A DNA stretch of 64,000 bases from Octopus vulgaris (lineage: Eukaryota): the NCBI GenBank assembly GCA_951406725.2, contig OX597821.1:4464001-4528000 (forward strand), written 5' to 3'. The translations under genes and the position numbers were made by a program. Positions 1 through 13,070 of this stretch are shown here, in pieces. Positions within the stretch are counted from its first letter, which is position 1. The number at the start of each line of letters is the position of its first letter. The notes under the pieces are model-generated. The model had not been told where the DNA came from. It did no database searches and was given only the letters and a program-made list of their open reading frames with translations.

Positions 1-269
1 TCGTATCGAAAATGAACAGCAACAGATATGTTCATGTGTTGTGCTTATCGTTCTCTTATTTGTCGTAGCGCTAAGTTAGACGGCATATCACAAAGCAACG
101 TGGTATCAAACTCAGAAATGATACGGAAAGAGACATGCAAGCTAACACGCACACACATACATGTACACTTACTCAAACGTGTGCGACAACAGGAAAATGG
201 TCACGAGTTTTGGGAAGAACTAAATCTAATGTTTTTATTCAGGAAGGACACATCTTCACTCTTAAACTA

Positions 270-654
270 GGCGCAGATGTAGCTGTGAGGTAAAAAGCCT
301 GCTTTCCAACCACATTACCCCGATTTCACTCATGGCTCGTAGCACTTTCGTAAGAGTATTTTCCTGTAAACTCGGACCGGCCAAAGCCTTGTGACAGAAA
401 CTGAAGTAACTTTGCTATGTATATATATATATATATATATATATGCACGAGTGAAATAACATGAAAAATCACAGACTAAGGACTATGTATATTTAAGTCT
501 TCATGGCAAAAGTATTCAATAATATTATACAAAATAAGATTTTTTCCTTCTAACCAAAATAACCGGTTCCCTTGGCGCTTTTCAGATTTTGAGAGCGAGA
601 TACAATTGGAAATGAGAAATTTTTAACCACATCAATCACCAACCATACATACTA

Positions 655-694
<40 letters not shown>

Positions 695-975
695 AGAGAT
701 AGAGAGAGAGAGGGGGGAGAAAGAGAGAGATAGAGAGAGACCGTGAGAGAGAAAGAAAGAGGTTATGTAGGTATGTATGTATGTGTCCCTCTGTTTTCCT
801 CGACCAGGTGTTGGTCGGTTAACATCCATAGCAACATAACGACCGGCAAAAGAGACGGATAGAATAAGTAGAACAAGTAGAATTAATTATTGGAGTCGAT
901 TCGTTCCACTAGAATTGAACAAGGTATTGCTCCAGCATGGCCGATGTGCTATGACATAAATAAGAAAGATAAAAA
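270..975 (+). mobile_element. tRNA-derived SINE (family A, internal microsatellite), degenerate and interrupted
   Basis: The 5' part (270-415) and 3' part (780-975, GGCAAAAGAGACGGATAGAATAAGTA...GCTCCAGCATGGCCG) match the better-preserved copies at 16220-16635 and 42895-43280. The middle is (TA)n/(GA)n plus extra sequence. Confidence 0.65.
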
Positions 976-1057
976 GATAAATTAATATTTTTTGAGAAAT
1001 CTCATAAGGGGTAGGGCAAGGAAATAACTAATCACTGCACAGACCGATATCATACTT

Positions 1058-1195
1058 TATTTACATGATTTACATTCGACGGATATTCGTCCACATCTTG
1101 TTTGTTGTTAACAACGTTTCGGTTGATATACCCTCCAGCCTTATTCAGATGTCTTGGGGAAATTTCAAACCTGAGTTCTCATTCCTAAGGTATTA
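1058..1195 (-). mobile_element. Penelope-like repeat tail with degenerate minimal hammerhead motif (family H1)
   Basis: The minus strand reads GACAT-CTGAATA-A-GGCTG-gagggtatat-CAACC-GAAAC-GT-T. A second copy of the family lies on + at 38914-39016. Confidence 0.55.
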
Positions 1196-1196
1196 C

Positions 1197-2298
1197 TTAT
1201 TATTTTTTTTTTTTTCTTCTTTCAAATTTTCTTCCATTTCTTGCCGAGTGTCTTCCCGACTCCTAGGGCAAAGAAACTCATAGTGTATATTGGTAGGCCA
1301 TTAAACCAAACTCAGTAGTTCGTTCATTTTTTTTTTTTTTTTTTAAAGTTAAATTAAAATACATGAGCAGCAACAGTTCTCACATCGACAATGCTCTTCT
1401 CAATACGTGTGATGTACCAGTTAAGACAATCTTTTGCACTTCTTGCAGGGATGGTAAGCCAGGGATCATTCTCATATAATTTTCGGTTCCCTTCTTGATC
1501 ATTCCTAGTGCTCCTACGATCACTGGTATTGTAACCGCCTTGAGATGCCACATTTTCTCAATTTCAATGAGTAGGTCTTTATATTTTCTGAGCTTGTCAA
1601 ACTCTTTCGCTGAGATATTATGATCACAGGGGATGCTCATGTCGATCAATAAGCAAACTTTATTGTTTTGGTCTTTCACAACAATATCTGGTTTATTGGC
1701 CTTGATGGGTCGGTCTGTATGTACTGGAAAGTCCCACAGAATGGTTACATTTTCTCCTTCAGTTACAGCCTCAGGGTGGTGATTATACCACTTGTCGGCA
1801 GCTTTGATATTGTAATGCCGACTTATTAGCCAGTAGAGATATTGGCCAACTCTGTCATGTCTTAATTTATACTCCACTGGTGCTAAGACTTTACATCCAG
1901 AGATTAGGTGGTCCACTGTTTCAATCATGTCGTTGCAGAATCGGCATTTTGGGTCTGCTCCATTTTTCATCACATTGGCCTGGTAGTTCCGGGTTAATAG
2001 GCTTTGGTCTTGAGCAGCCAGGATGAAACCTTCACTCTCTGCTTTTAGCCCTGAGCTCCGCAGTCACTGATGGGTTTGCTTCTGGTCAACATCAGCTTGT
2101 TTGCTGCGGGTCACATATTTGCCGTGCAGAGGTTTCTCCTCCCACCTGTCAGCCAATTGCTCGTGCGCTTTTTTCATTGCCATCATTTTCACCTTCTTTG
2201 CAACACTAGTTGCCGTACTTCCCTCGGGTTGTTCAGTTTGGGTATCCTGCACGAGATCAATAGCAAATTTTTTGCTTTCCTTGATGATAGAATGAAGC

Positions 2299-2300
<2 letters not shown>
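1197..2300 (-). mobile_element. R4/Dong-clade non-LTR retrotransposon, subfamily A, 5'-truncated
   Basis: ORF 2064-2300 (WEEKPLHGKY) is broken by one TGA, then continues in frame (LRSSGLKAESEGFILAAQDQSL) into ORF 1380-1973. That ORF has a CCHC knuckle (CRFC..ETVDHLISGC), RHD, KPDIVV..LLIDMSIP..KLRKY (restriction-like endonuclease, RLE). The 3' UTR runs to about 1197, and the 5' end abuts (TAA)n. Confidence 0.92.
1380..1973 (-). pseudogene. C-terminal zinc knuckle plus restriction-like endonuclease domain of a Dong/R4 ORF
   Basis: CCHC, RHD and PD-(D/E)-type motifs are present in the ORF track translation. Confidence 0.9.
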
Positions 2301-2357
<57 letters not shown>

Positions 2358-2360
2358 CAT
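2300..2360. repeat. (TAA)n microsatellite, Dong target site
   Basis: Near-pure ATT repeat between two Dong copies. Confidence 0.95.
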
Positions 2361-2885
2361 TCAGTAGTTTTATTTTTATAGCGTGCTTTCACGTCACTAC
2401 CGAGCGCAGCTCTGTGTGCCTTGGGTATGTGCTGTGATTTGTTGTGATGCTCTGATGGTTATTGTATGGAAAGTGTTCTGCGTAGGATGTGTGCAGTGCC
2501 TAGTAGTGCAATTTTCTGTATGTTATATGTGTTTGTAAGTCCTGGTGTTTTTGTTATGTATTTGTCTGAATATTTTTTTATCATGCCTAATGCACCTACT
2601 AGGATAGGAATAGTTTCTGTTTTTAGAATCCACATTCTGGTTACCTCTATTTCCAGGTCTTTGTATTTTGAAAGTTTCTCCATTTCTTTTGGAGAAACGT
2701 TGTCATCTGCCGGTATTGATACATCAATTAGAAAGCATTTCTTTCTTCATGATATCTGACAACTATATCTGGTCTGTTGGCCTTAATTTCTCTATCTGTG
2801 TGTATCGGCATATCCCAGAGTATGGTTGCTTTCTCGTTTTCAGTGACCTTTTCTGGTGTGTGCTTATACCATCTTTTTTCTGTTG

Positions 2886-2890
<5 letters not shown>
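2361..2890 (-). mobile_element. R4/Dong subfamily B, 3' segment (RLE domain plus 3' UTR)
   Basis: The minus strand encodes WYKHTPEKVTENEKATILWDMPIHTDREIKANRPDIVV, then a frameshift near 2740, then FLIDVSIP..KLSKYKDL..HILRRTLSIQ*. The 3' UTR ends ATAAAACTACTGA followed by (ATA)n. Confidence 0.92.
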
Positions 2891-2956
<66 letters not shown>

Positions 2957-2958
<2 letters not shown>

Positions 2959-3205
2959 TATTTTTATAGCGTGCTTTCACTTCACTACCGAGCGCAGCTC
3001 TGTGTGCCTTGGGTATGTGCTGGGATTTGTTGTGATGCTCTGATGGTTATTGTATGGAAAGTGTTCTGCGTAGGATGTGTGCAGTGCCTAGTAGTGCAAT
3101 TTTCTGTATGATATATGTGTTTGTAAGTCCTAGTGTTTTTGTTATGTATTTGTCTGAGTATTTTTTTATCATGCCTAATGCACCTACTATGATAGGAATT
3201 GTTTC

Positions 3206-3207
<2 letters not shown>
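2957..3207 (-). mobile_element. R4/Dong subfamily B, short 5'-truncated copy
   Basis: Near-identical to 5509-5767, with the same truncation point (GATAGGAATTGTTTCTA). Flanked by (TAA)n on both sides. Confidence 0.9.
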
Positions 3208-3254
<47 letters not shown>

Positions 3255-3255
3255 G

Positions 3256-3288
<33 letters not shown>

Positions 3289-3324
3289 GTTATTGCCGGT
3301 ATTGATTATTATTATTATTAAAAG

Positions 3325-3355
<31 letters not shown>

Positions 3356-3513
3356 GTCATTTGGCTTTTAATTTCTGCATATTTGATGCAATCACTTGCC
3401 GGGGCACAACCAGTGCCCAGAGTAAGGTTAAGCTTTTGTTTTCTGTGACCTTTTCTGGTGTGTATCTCCATAATACAACACAAACATTTACATTGTTGGG
3501 TTATTCTAAGGAT
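3356..3513 (-). mobile_element. R4/Dong subfamily C 3' end, mosaic with subfamily B sequence
   Basis: Matches 5917-6100 (CTGCATATTTGATGCAATCACTTGCCGGGGCACAACCAGTGCCC) but carries a B-type patch (GTGACCTTTTCTGGTGTGT, compare about 2843-2861). Confidence 0.7.
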
Positions 3514-5430
3514 GTTGGCATAGCTTCCAATGTATGTAGGTTCCAACTCTGTCATGTCTGTGAATATATTCCTTCTTAGCCAGGACTGGGCAGCTAGAGA
3601 TAATATGATTTATTGTTTCTTGTCCATCTCCACATATTCTGCAGTTACTTGTAATATTTCTTTTCATTACATGTTTTTGGTAATTTCTGGTGGGGAGGCT
3701 TTGGTCTTGTGCTGCAATTAAAAATCCCTCTGTCTCTGCTTTGAGTCCTGAGCTTCTCAACCATTGCTGGGATTTTTCTTTGTCTATTTCTTTTGCGTTT
3801 AGTTTAGTGCAGTATTTACCATGAAGGGGCTTTTCTTGCCATCGTTTTATCATGGTTCGTTGCTGTTCTGTTTTTAGTTTGGATTTCATTTGTTTTATAG
3901 CTTTTGTTGTTTCTTCATCTTCTTCTTCTTCTTCATGTTTATTAGGTGGTATGATTTCTTGTTTGTATTTGTCAGCTTCCTTAAATACTGAGAACAGTTT
4001 TTTGTTTTGCTCGTGTTTTGCCGCTATCTGGATCAGTTTTCCTTCCTTCTGAAGTAGATATTTTTGCAGTCCTATGGTGGTTATTTTATAGTAGTTTTCC
4101 AGCTGTATAAGGCCTCTACCACCTTCCATACGTTGTATATATAGTCTTTCTATGTCAGATTTTGGGTGATGCATCCTAGATCCTGTCATTATTTTTCTTG
4201 TTTTCCTATCTATTTTGGTCAGTTCATTTCGTGTCCAGTTAAGGATATTGTAGCTGTAACTTATAGCTGGGACAGCTAAAGTGTTGATACCTATTATCTT
4301 GTTTTTAGCATTGAGCTCTGTGTTTAGTATTGATCTAACTCGTCTATAATATTCTTTTTTTATTTTCTCTTTCATTTGTGTGTGTTGTGTCTTATCTAGT
4401 TCATGGATTCCTAAGTATTTGTAAGTTTGGCTTTGGTCTAATTCTTTTATTTCATTGGTTTTATCTAGTGTGATGTTGTTACTCTTAACTAGTTTTCCTC
4501 TTTTCATGGTTACTTTGGCGCATTTTTCTAATCCAAATTTCATATCTATTTCTTTGGTAAATCCATGAACTGTCTTTAATAGTGTTTCCAGCTGTTTGTC
4601 ATTTGCAGCGTATAGTTTTAGGTCATCCATATATAAAAGGTGGCTGATCGTTTTGCCGTAACATTTATATCCGCATCCAGTTCTATTTAGCATATCAGAT
4701 AGAGGTGACAGTGCCAAGCAGAAAAGGAGTGGAGAGAGCGTGTCTCCCTGGAATATTCCTCTTCTAATGGGGATGTCTTTGGTTTTCATGAGTCCCTCTT
4801 TTGTTTGGAGGTGTAGGACTGTTTGCCATTTATTCATAGAGTGCTCTATGAATTTTATGATTGTTGGTGCTACTTTGTTAATGGCTAGTGTTTCGAGGAT
4901 CCATGTGTGGGGGATGCTATCAAACGCCTTTTTGTAGTCAATCCAGGCCATACTGAGGCCTTTCTTCTTTCTGTGGCTGTCTTCAGTTATGGCTTTATTA
5001 ATCATTAGTTGATCTTTACAGCCATATGAGCCTTTGCGGCATCCTTTCTGCTCTTCTGGGAACAGTTTGTTTTCGTCCAGGTGCTTGTTCAGCCTTTGTG
5101 ATATCACTGCAGTAAATGCCTTGAACATAGTAGGGAGGCAGGTTATTGGTCTGTAGTTTTCTGGTTTTTCTGTTTCATTTGATTTGGGAATTAAGATGGT
5201 TTTCCCCTTCGTGAGCCATTCAGGCATTGTCTCTGGCTCTGCTAGTACGTTGTTAAAGTTTTCAGCCAGCTTTTTGTGCATTCCTGTTAGATATTTCAAC
5301 CAGAAGTTGGGGATCTTGTCATGCCCAGGTGCCTTCCAGTTGCTTAGTCTTTGCAGTGCCTGGGTGACCTCTTCAGTTGTTATGGGGGTCCAAAGTTGTT
5401 CAGATGCCGAGTTTGTAATTTTGATACTCC
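3506..5430 (-). CDS. Reverse transcriptase ORF of an R4/Dong-clade retrotransposon (5'-truncated, frame intact)
   Basis: The 597-aa track ORF stays open upstream to about 5430 (NWKAPGHDKIPNFWLK). Motifs include NYRPITCL, WIDYKKAFDSIPH, RGIFQGDTLSPLLF, HLLYMDDLKLY, YKYLGI, GGRGL, LHGKY, the CCHC knuckle (CRIC..ETINHIISSC) and RHD. Confidence 0.95.
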
Positions 5431-5444
5431 TTTTTTTTGGTGGT

Positions 5445-5508
<64 letters not shown>

Positions 5509-5512
<4 letters not shown>

Positions 5513-5767
5513 TAGTTTTATTTTTATAGCGTGCTTTCACTTCACTACCGAGCGCAGCTCTGTGTGCCTTGGGTATGTGCTGTGATTTGTTGTGATGCTC
5601 TGATGGTTATTGTATGGAAAGTGTTCTGCGTAGGATGTGTGCAGTGCCTAGTAGTGCAATTTTCTGTATGATATATGTGTTTGTAAGTCCTGGTGTTTTT
5701 GTTATGTATTTGTCTGAATATTTTTTTATCATGCCTAATGCACCTACTATGATAGGAATTGTTTCTA
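5509..5767 (-). mobile_element. R4/Dong subfamily B, short 5'-truncated copy
   Basis: Encodes ETIPIIVGALGMIKKY..HILRRTLSIQ* and has the complete 3' UTR. (TAA)n on both sides. Confidence 0.92.
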
Positions 5768-5772
5768 TAATT

Positions 5773-6545
<773 letters not shown>

Positions 6546-6557
6546 GTATTGTTATTC

Positions 6558-6640
6558 TTCAGGTCACTGCTTGGAATCGAAATCGGAATCTTTGGGGGAG
6601 TAGTCCGTGCTCTTAACCACTATGCCATATACCCGTGGGC
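6558..6640 (-). mobile_element. tRNA-derived (Pol III) head of a retroposon
   Basis: The minus strand has A box TGGCATAGTGG (6617-6627) and a B-box-like ATTTCGATTCC (6573-6583). It reads directly into the (TAA)n tract. Confidence 0.7.
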
Positions 6641-7994
6641 ATATCATACTTCCTGTCACGTTCGTCCACAAAATCAGCTCGCTACCCTCAAGGTAGTTTG
6701 TTTCATTGCACCCGGAAATATAAAAGACCAAGAGCAGCCTGGGCGAGATTTGAACTGAAAACTTAGAAACTAAACATCATAAACTATAAACAGCAACCAA
6801 TTCTGTTCGCTTCTCCACTGATTCTCTGCGACGATCTATTTCCTGGTTCTAAATATTAATACCGCAGTTCTTTTCTTATTTTTGATTTCTTTTTTTGTTC
6901 TTGATATTAAATCTTATCATTTATAGCCGCTTTTTGTCGTTGGTGTTATTACAGTATTCTATAATTTCTTTCGTTTTCCCTCAACATCCCCATTTCTCTT
7001 TTTCTATCCACCTTCTTCTGTTCCACTTGCTTTACTTCCTTCGCTGCTGCTCTCATTCATCCGATTTTCTTTCACTTCCTTTTTAACTAATTCCCCAACG
7101 CAGTCATCTCTTTCATACCTTTCTTTCCTATTCTCTTGCTCCGCCAGTATTTTATTTATTTTATTTATTTATCTGTCTATTTATTTATTGTTCAATTGCA
7201 AGCACCAAAGCCTCTTTTAATATCATCATCATCAAAATCTTCATTATCATTCTCATCAGGTCTCTCTTTCCTGGTCGCTATAGTCATAAACCGCCTCTGC
7301 TTCTTATTCCCCCGTCATCGGTAGAAACAAAGTAACACTGTTTTTTCTTTGTAGTCCTCCCACTATCCCCCCCATAAATCTGCTACATCTTCTCACATTG
7401 TTCTTGTTACTGTTGCTGTAATTATATTTTCGTTTCCTGTTTCGTTGTCATCATCGTGGTACACATTTGTTCCTGGTGCTGTTGCTAGTGCTGACGCGAC
7501 CGCTTCTGCTGCTTTGATACCTTACTCTTGTTTTATTGGCCCTTTGTATTAAAAAGCACACACACATTCACACATACACACACACACATACACGCACACA
7601 CTATATATATATATATATATATATTGCACTAACATCGTTTCTAATATTATTTTTCCATTCAAGTCTTATTCCGATACGACCACACAAGCACAATGTTGTG
7701 ATCACCAAGACACAAAACTCTGCACAAAACACAGAAATAGAATAATGCCAAATGTAAACACATCAAAACAGAGTTCTCTCACAATAATTATTTCTGTTAT
7801 TTCTTTTATACTTTTTTTATATTTATATACTTTTTGCTTTGTTTTTGACGGTTTTGGTTTTTCAGGTCTTTTATGTTACCATTCTTTCCATCTCCCATCA
7901 GATATTTTGCTAGTGATTCTCTTGACAAATCAAGACAAGAATGGATGTCAGCCGACAGAAAATGTTTTCCTATGGGGTAGAAAATGTCTAAAAT

Positions 7995-8033
<39 letters not shown>

Positions 8034-8889
8034 CGGTGAACGGGGATATATATATTGTTCATTCCTTCAGCCAGATCTTTTCCATATATTTTAGATTCAA
8101 TTCCTAATGGATGACTTTATTCATTGAATGTTAAAACGAAACATATGGAATCCAGCTCAGTTGAACAATATCGTATTTAGACAGTATGTTGTATTCTGCA
8201 GCGTATAAGGCAATTTCCTGTAAACGGATTTAGTGATGCCATTTCAAGTCTCGGTTAAAACCTATCGACTTTGTTTGCTCGTCTATTACGTTTGGTAAAG
8301 ACATCTAAGCTGCAATCTCGTGTTTTCTGATCAAAGGTATATAGAGACATTTATTTCTACTTAAACGAAACGGATATTTTTTTCATATATTACACTAAGC
8401 ATAGTAGGTTACGAAGTATATTTGTCTTTCCAATATAGATTGCGTCCTTGATGTAATAGTTTCCCTACATTTGGAAGACGAATTACTGACACACTCAGTA
8501 ACTTTCCGCGTTCCTTTTCCCAATTGCTGTGAATATATCAAATAACGTATTGAAATATAGCTGTTTTCTCTAAATAGAGCTTCAATTCTGTATTAATTTT
8601 TCGCACGAGTTAACCATAAACGTCATTGAAATAAATTTGTTCAGAAAAGTTCCAAGGATAACAGAATTCAGGGACACCGACCCTCGAGTCTTCCAAATGT
8701 CCAATGTTTCCCTCATTTTATTATGCTTGATACAATAAGATGCCAGTCACAAACTCTAGTTGCTCAAATCGATTATGAATTTCTAAAATAAGCATCCTTA
8801 CGTCTCAGTAGTTTAACAAGGTGCATTTATTGATAAAATCGAGAATTTTCGTTTCTTCTTTTTTTGACAGGTATGTGAATTGTCTTTTT

Positions 8890-9200
8890 TTACCTCAATT
8901 TTCCAAGATGATGTGTCTCGCCAACATTCAAAAAAACTTTAAAGATGTGGACACATCTACACTACAACAGAAATGAAAATGCCCTACATTGATGAAATTT
9001 TCCCAAGCAAATGGATTGCGCAAAAGAGTTCAGTGCAATACCCTTTATGTTCAAAAAAATTCACGCCATTAGACATTTCTTATAGGGATACTCAAACGAT
9101 ACATTTTGCTCCATGAATTGAGGGAAGTCATTTAACGGAGAATGCGCACAAATACAGTATGATATGTGGTCAGTTTGAACACAGGCGTTCATGAGAAAAT
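8890..9200 (+). pseudogene. Decayed Tc1/mariner-superfamily transposase fragment (rosa/DD41D-like)
   Basis: Translates as FQDD.. then YIDEIFPSKWIAQKSSVQYPLCSKKFTPLD, frameshift, FL*GY. This resembles the motif FPGRWIGR..(W/Y)PPRSPDLTPLDFFLWGY. Confidence 0.55.
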
Positions 9201-9292
9201 TAAATTCCGTTTGCAGATTGTATTGAATTCTTAAAATGATACGTATTTTAATTATATTCATATTCATTTAACGAACTTACATTTTCGACTCC

Positions 9293-9294
<2 letters not shown>

Positions 9295-9336
<42 letters not shown>

Positions 9337-9591
9337 GTATATATATAATATATATATATATATACATGCACACACACACATATATATATATGCATATATA
9401 TATATATATATATATTCATATATATATGTATGTATACGCATATATGTATATGTGCGTATGTCTATATATATATATATATAAACACATACACACATATATA
9501 TATTCGTATATATATATAGAGAGAGGAATAGTGAGATAGAGAGATAGATAGACAGACAGACAGATAGATAGATAGATAGATTGATAGATAT

Positions 9592-9684
<93 letters not shown>

Positions 9685-9712
9685 GATATAGATAGATAGA
9701 TAGATAGATATA
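9295..9712. repeat. Compound (TA)n/(GATA)n microsatellite
   Basis: Seen directly. Confidence 0.95.
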
Positions 9713-9892
9713 GGGGGAGAATTCACAAAAAAAACGACGAAGACAGGTGCTGTAGACAACAAACAGATGTATTAGTATAACGCTCGGGAAGCGAAAAATT
9801 CTTTAACGTTTCGAGCCTACGCTCTTCCACAGAAGGGAACGCAGAAAGAGACAAGGAGAGAAAATAAAGAACGTGTGGTGGCTAGCGATCTT
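9713..9892 (-). mobile_element. Dispersed repeat with hammerhead-like motif (family H2, Penelope-like)
   Basis: Reverse-complement homologue of 44694-44875. The minus strand reads CCTT-CTGTGGA-A-GAGC-gtag-GCTC-GAAAC-GT-T-AAAG. Confidence 0.6.
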
Positions 9893-12192
9893 ACATACAC
9901 ACAAACATACAAGCGTGTGTGTCCGTGTGCACGCGCGTGTTTGTGCATATTTGTTTACATCATCATTTACTCAACTCCGTTTTCATATTGATGCATAATT
10001 ATCAACCCCTACATATACCACGTAACACGTGTTACATCCCTGAATGTGACCCGGTGACAAATAAGGGAGAGCATTGCAAATGTCTGTCAGTATTATATAT
10101 CAATAATTTGTCAATAGGCATATATGAAGAGATAAATGGAGTCAGACGAATGCATATATGGTTGATTAGGATGTTTGTCATATCTTTGATAACTAACATC
10201 TAGAAAGCTATGGAGTCTAACACCAAACCAATAACATGTCCCTACATAATCAGTTGATCTGCTAGAAACGGCAGCAAAATATCCCTCAACTTATAAATTA
10301 TTATAATCAAAAAATACATTATGCATCCGATTAATGCAGTCCTATATATTTTATTCTTGGGCCTTCAGATGCATAAGGCTGGTTCCTCAGTTACCTTCGC
10401 ATATAATGAAGGATGCCACAACATTCCTCTTAAGGGAAGGCAAGGTTCACTAGCAGCAATTTTGATGGGTGGACAGAAGACGATTATGTCGAACACAGTA
10501 CTTGAATGGTACTTTATTTTATCCACCCAGAAGGGATGAATGGCAATGTCTGCCTGTGGTGAATTTAATTTTAGAAATTAACACGCCGGACGTAATGCAC
10601 ATAAGCATTTTGTTCGACGATATTATGATTCTACCACTCGATTGCATTTTTTTAAAAACATATTGCCCTTGAAAATAAAACAAAGTGACCTTGTTTTCTC
10701 AATCAATCCTGACTTGGCTCTAAAGATCATCACCAACGACTGCAGATAGTTTACGTTTTGTAGCTTCAACCATAGAAAATACTCTGTCGACTTATTTCTC
10801 AGAGTATTTTAAGGGAGACAATTGGAACTGAAACCGTTTCTCAGTGAGATACCTAGAAGACTAGGGTGCAAAGGAAACGTCTTTGCTCGAGGATTACAAT
10901 GGCTTTAATTTTCTGTTCCAGCTGAATATCATATAAAGCCCAAATCTTTGTGTTGTTGTTGCTGGTGTTGTGATGGTTGTTGATAATCGCAAATAACGCT
11001 GTTGTGTTGTGTATTGGGATTCGAATCAGAGTGTCATCCCATATCCATTCGGATATTGAGAAATGATATATTTGCTTACAATAATACACAATTGGAATAG
11101 GAGAGAGGGAATTATTTATCATGATGAATACTGTTAACGTATTCAAATCTTTTTATTTATTCAAATATAGTAATATTATTTTATTTTATTTCTAGAATTA
11201 TATTTACTTCAACTTGGTAGTTCTATTTCGTTTTGTGCTGTTGCTGTTGGAGATGCTGTTCTAGTTGTTGTTGTTGTTGTTTTGTCATGCTGTGTGCAGG
11301 CATTAACGCATAGATCATACTATTCGCACACATTTTAATCACTGGACAAAGATAGCTCATCCATTCTCCAACCACAAATCATCCGAATGGATTTCACATG
11401 CCAAGCTGTCATGGAAGGCAATATTGATGAACACCGGTCCATTATACAAGTTACTATATATCGCCCTCAAATCGTGTTTATATTCCCAGTGAAAGTAACA
11501 GAGATGGTGAAGTAACATAGACACATGTTAAAGGTTCTTAATGAGAATGCAATTTATGAAGAGAGCTAGATGACAACTGGAATTTATCACAATCTTTTCT
11601 CGTGATACTTCTCAATAATTGGTTTACTATTCAATTTCTTTGAGACGCGAATATCTACTTATCAGTTATGACAATAAAATATTTAAATGATATATCCAGA
11701 GGGTTTTACATTAGTTGCAGCCAGGGAGAGATAGAGATAGAGCCGTAAGGGTAAAAACTGAAGTGGAAGGCTTCAAATACAACATATTGAAATTTATAGT
11801 TTGTACCATCATCAACTTACACAATCACCACGTTTCCTTTCATTAACGAGCAGGAAGATAGGAAACCTATAAAGGTATGATTCTTAAGGAATTCAGAAAC
11901 GGACCTTTGTGCTTATATTATACAGTTTAAATCTAGTGCATGGTGTCCCCAAAGTAACAAGCGCTTTTTCACTATATACATTATCAAACTTTGGACTGTG
12001 AGCATACTGAAATACTGCCTTGTACAGTTACTCGAACTAATTGATCTCACTACTTATTTTAAGTGAGGCAGTTATGCTGTCAGGATCTTTGTCCGAGTTG
12101 CTATGGTAACGATACGTAAACTGAGTCCTGTTGTCAAGCGGTGAGGTACAAACAAAACGCCCCACCCACAAAGAAACAGACATACACTCACT

Positions 12193-12230
<38 letters not shown>

Positions 12231-12293
12231 CTTTTATCGTTATATTGTTTTAGTCATTAGTTTGAGGCCATGCTGGGGCACGACCTTGAAATA

Positions 12294-12342
<49 letters not shown>

Positions 12343-12884
12343 TGTATGTATGTATGCATGTATGTATGTATGTATGTATGTATATATATATATATATATA
12401 TATATACAATTTCAAAAGAACCAGTATTAATCACGAAAGGTGATATTTATCCCGAGTTCAATGTGTGTGCTGTGTTAGAACACACATTACTACGGTATTT
12501 ACTATGGAAGAAGCTGTCACATCGGCTTCCGCTGCATGTACCTTCCCTCATTTACATCGCTAGTGGGAGATAAAATAAATAGACGGCCATCGTCAAAGTC
12601 GAGAGTACCAGGCCACATGATTTTGGCACTCTTTGGACTTGTCAATAGATGTTCGGTCGCAGAAAATATCAATAAATTCTCTGCTAGCTGTGTGTGCTGT
12701 GCCAAACAGGCGCTGATTTTGCGAATAGCCAAATGGCTTATTGAAAAATAATTATTAGCGACAGAAGCAGTATTAATATCAAAAGTTAATATTTATGTGT
12801 GTGTATGCATGTATGTATGTATGAATGTATGTATGTATGTATGTATGTATGTATGTATGTATGTATGTATGTATGTATGTATGT

Positions 12885-13070
12885 ATGCGGGCATATGGGA
12901 ATATACGACAGACTTCTACACAATTTCCATCTACCATATTCCCTCACAAGGTGTCGTGTCAACCCTGGCTTTTAGCAGAAATTACTTGCTCAATGTAACG
13001 TGCAGCAGGAATGAACCGGAGACCATGTCGTTGCGAAGCAAGTGTCTTAACCACACGACCACACCTGCGT
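12885..13070 (-). mobile_element. SINE family A, 5' half
   Basis: Reverse-complement tRNA-like head (GTGGTCGTGTGGTTAAG...CCGGTTCATTCC) running into (TATG)n. Confidence 0.6.

Noticed and set aside
2361-5767. Repeated ~250-bp blocks separated by spacers as a CRISPR-like array
   Set aside because: The blocks are retrotransposon 3' ends and the spacers are microsatellites, in a eukaryotic context with no cas genes.
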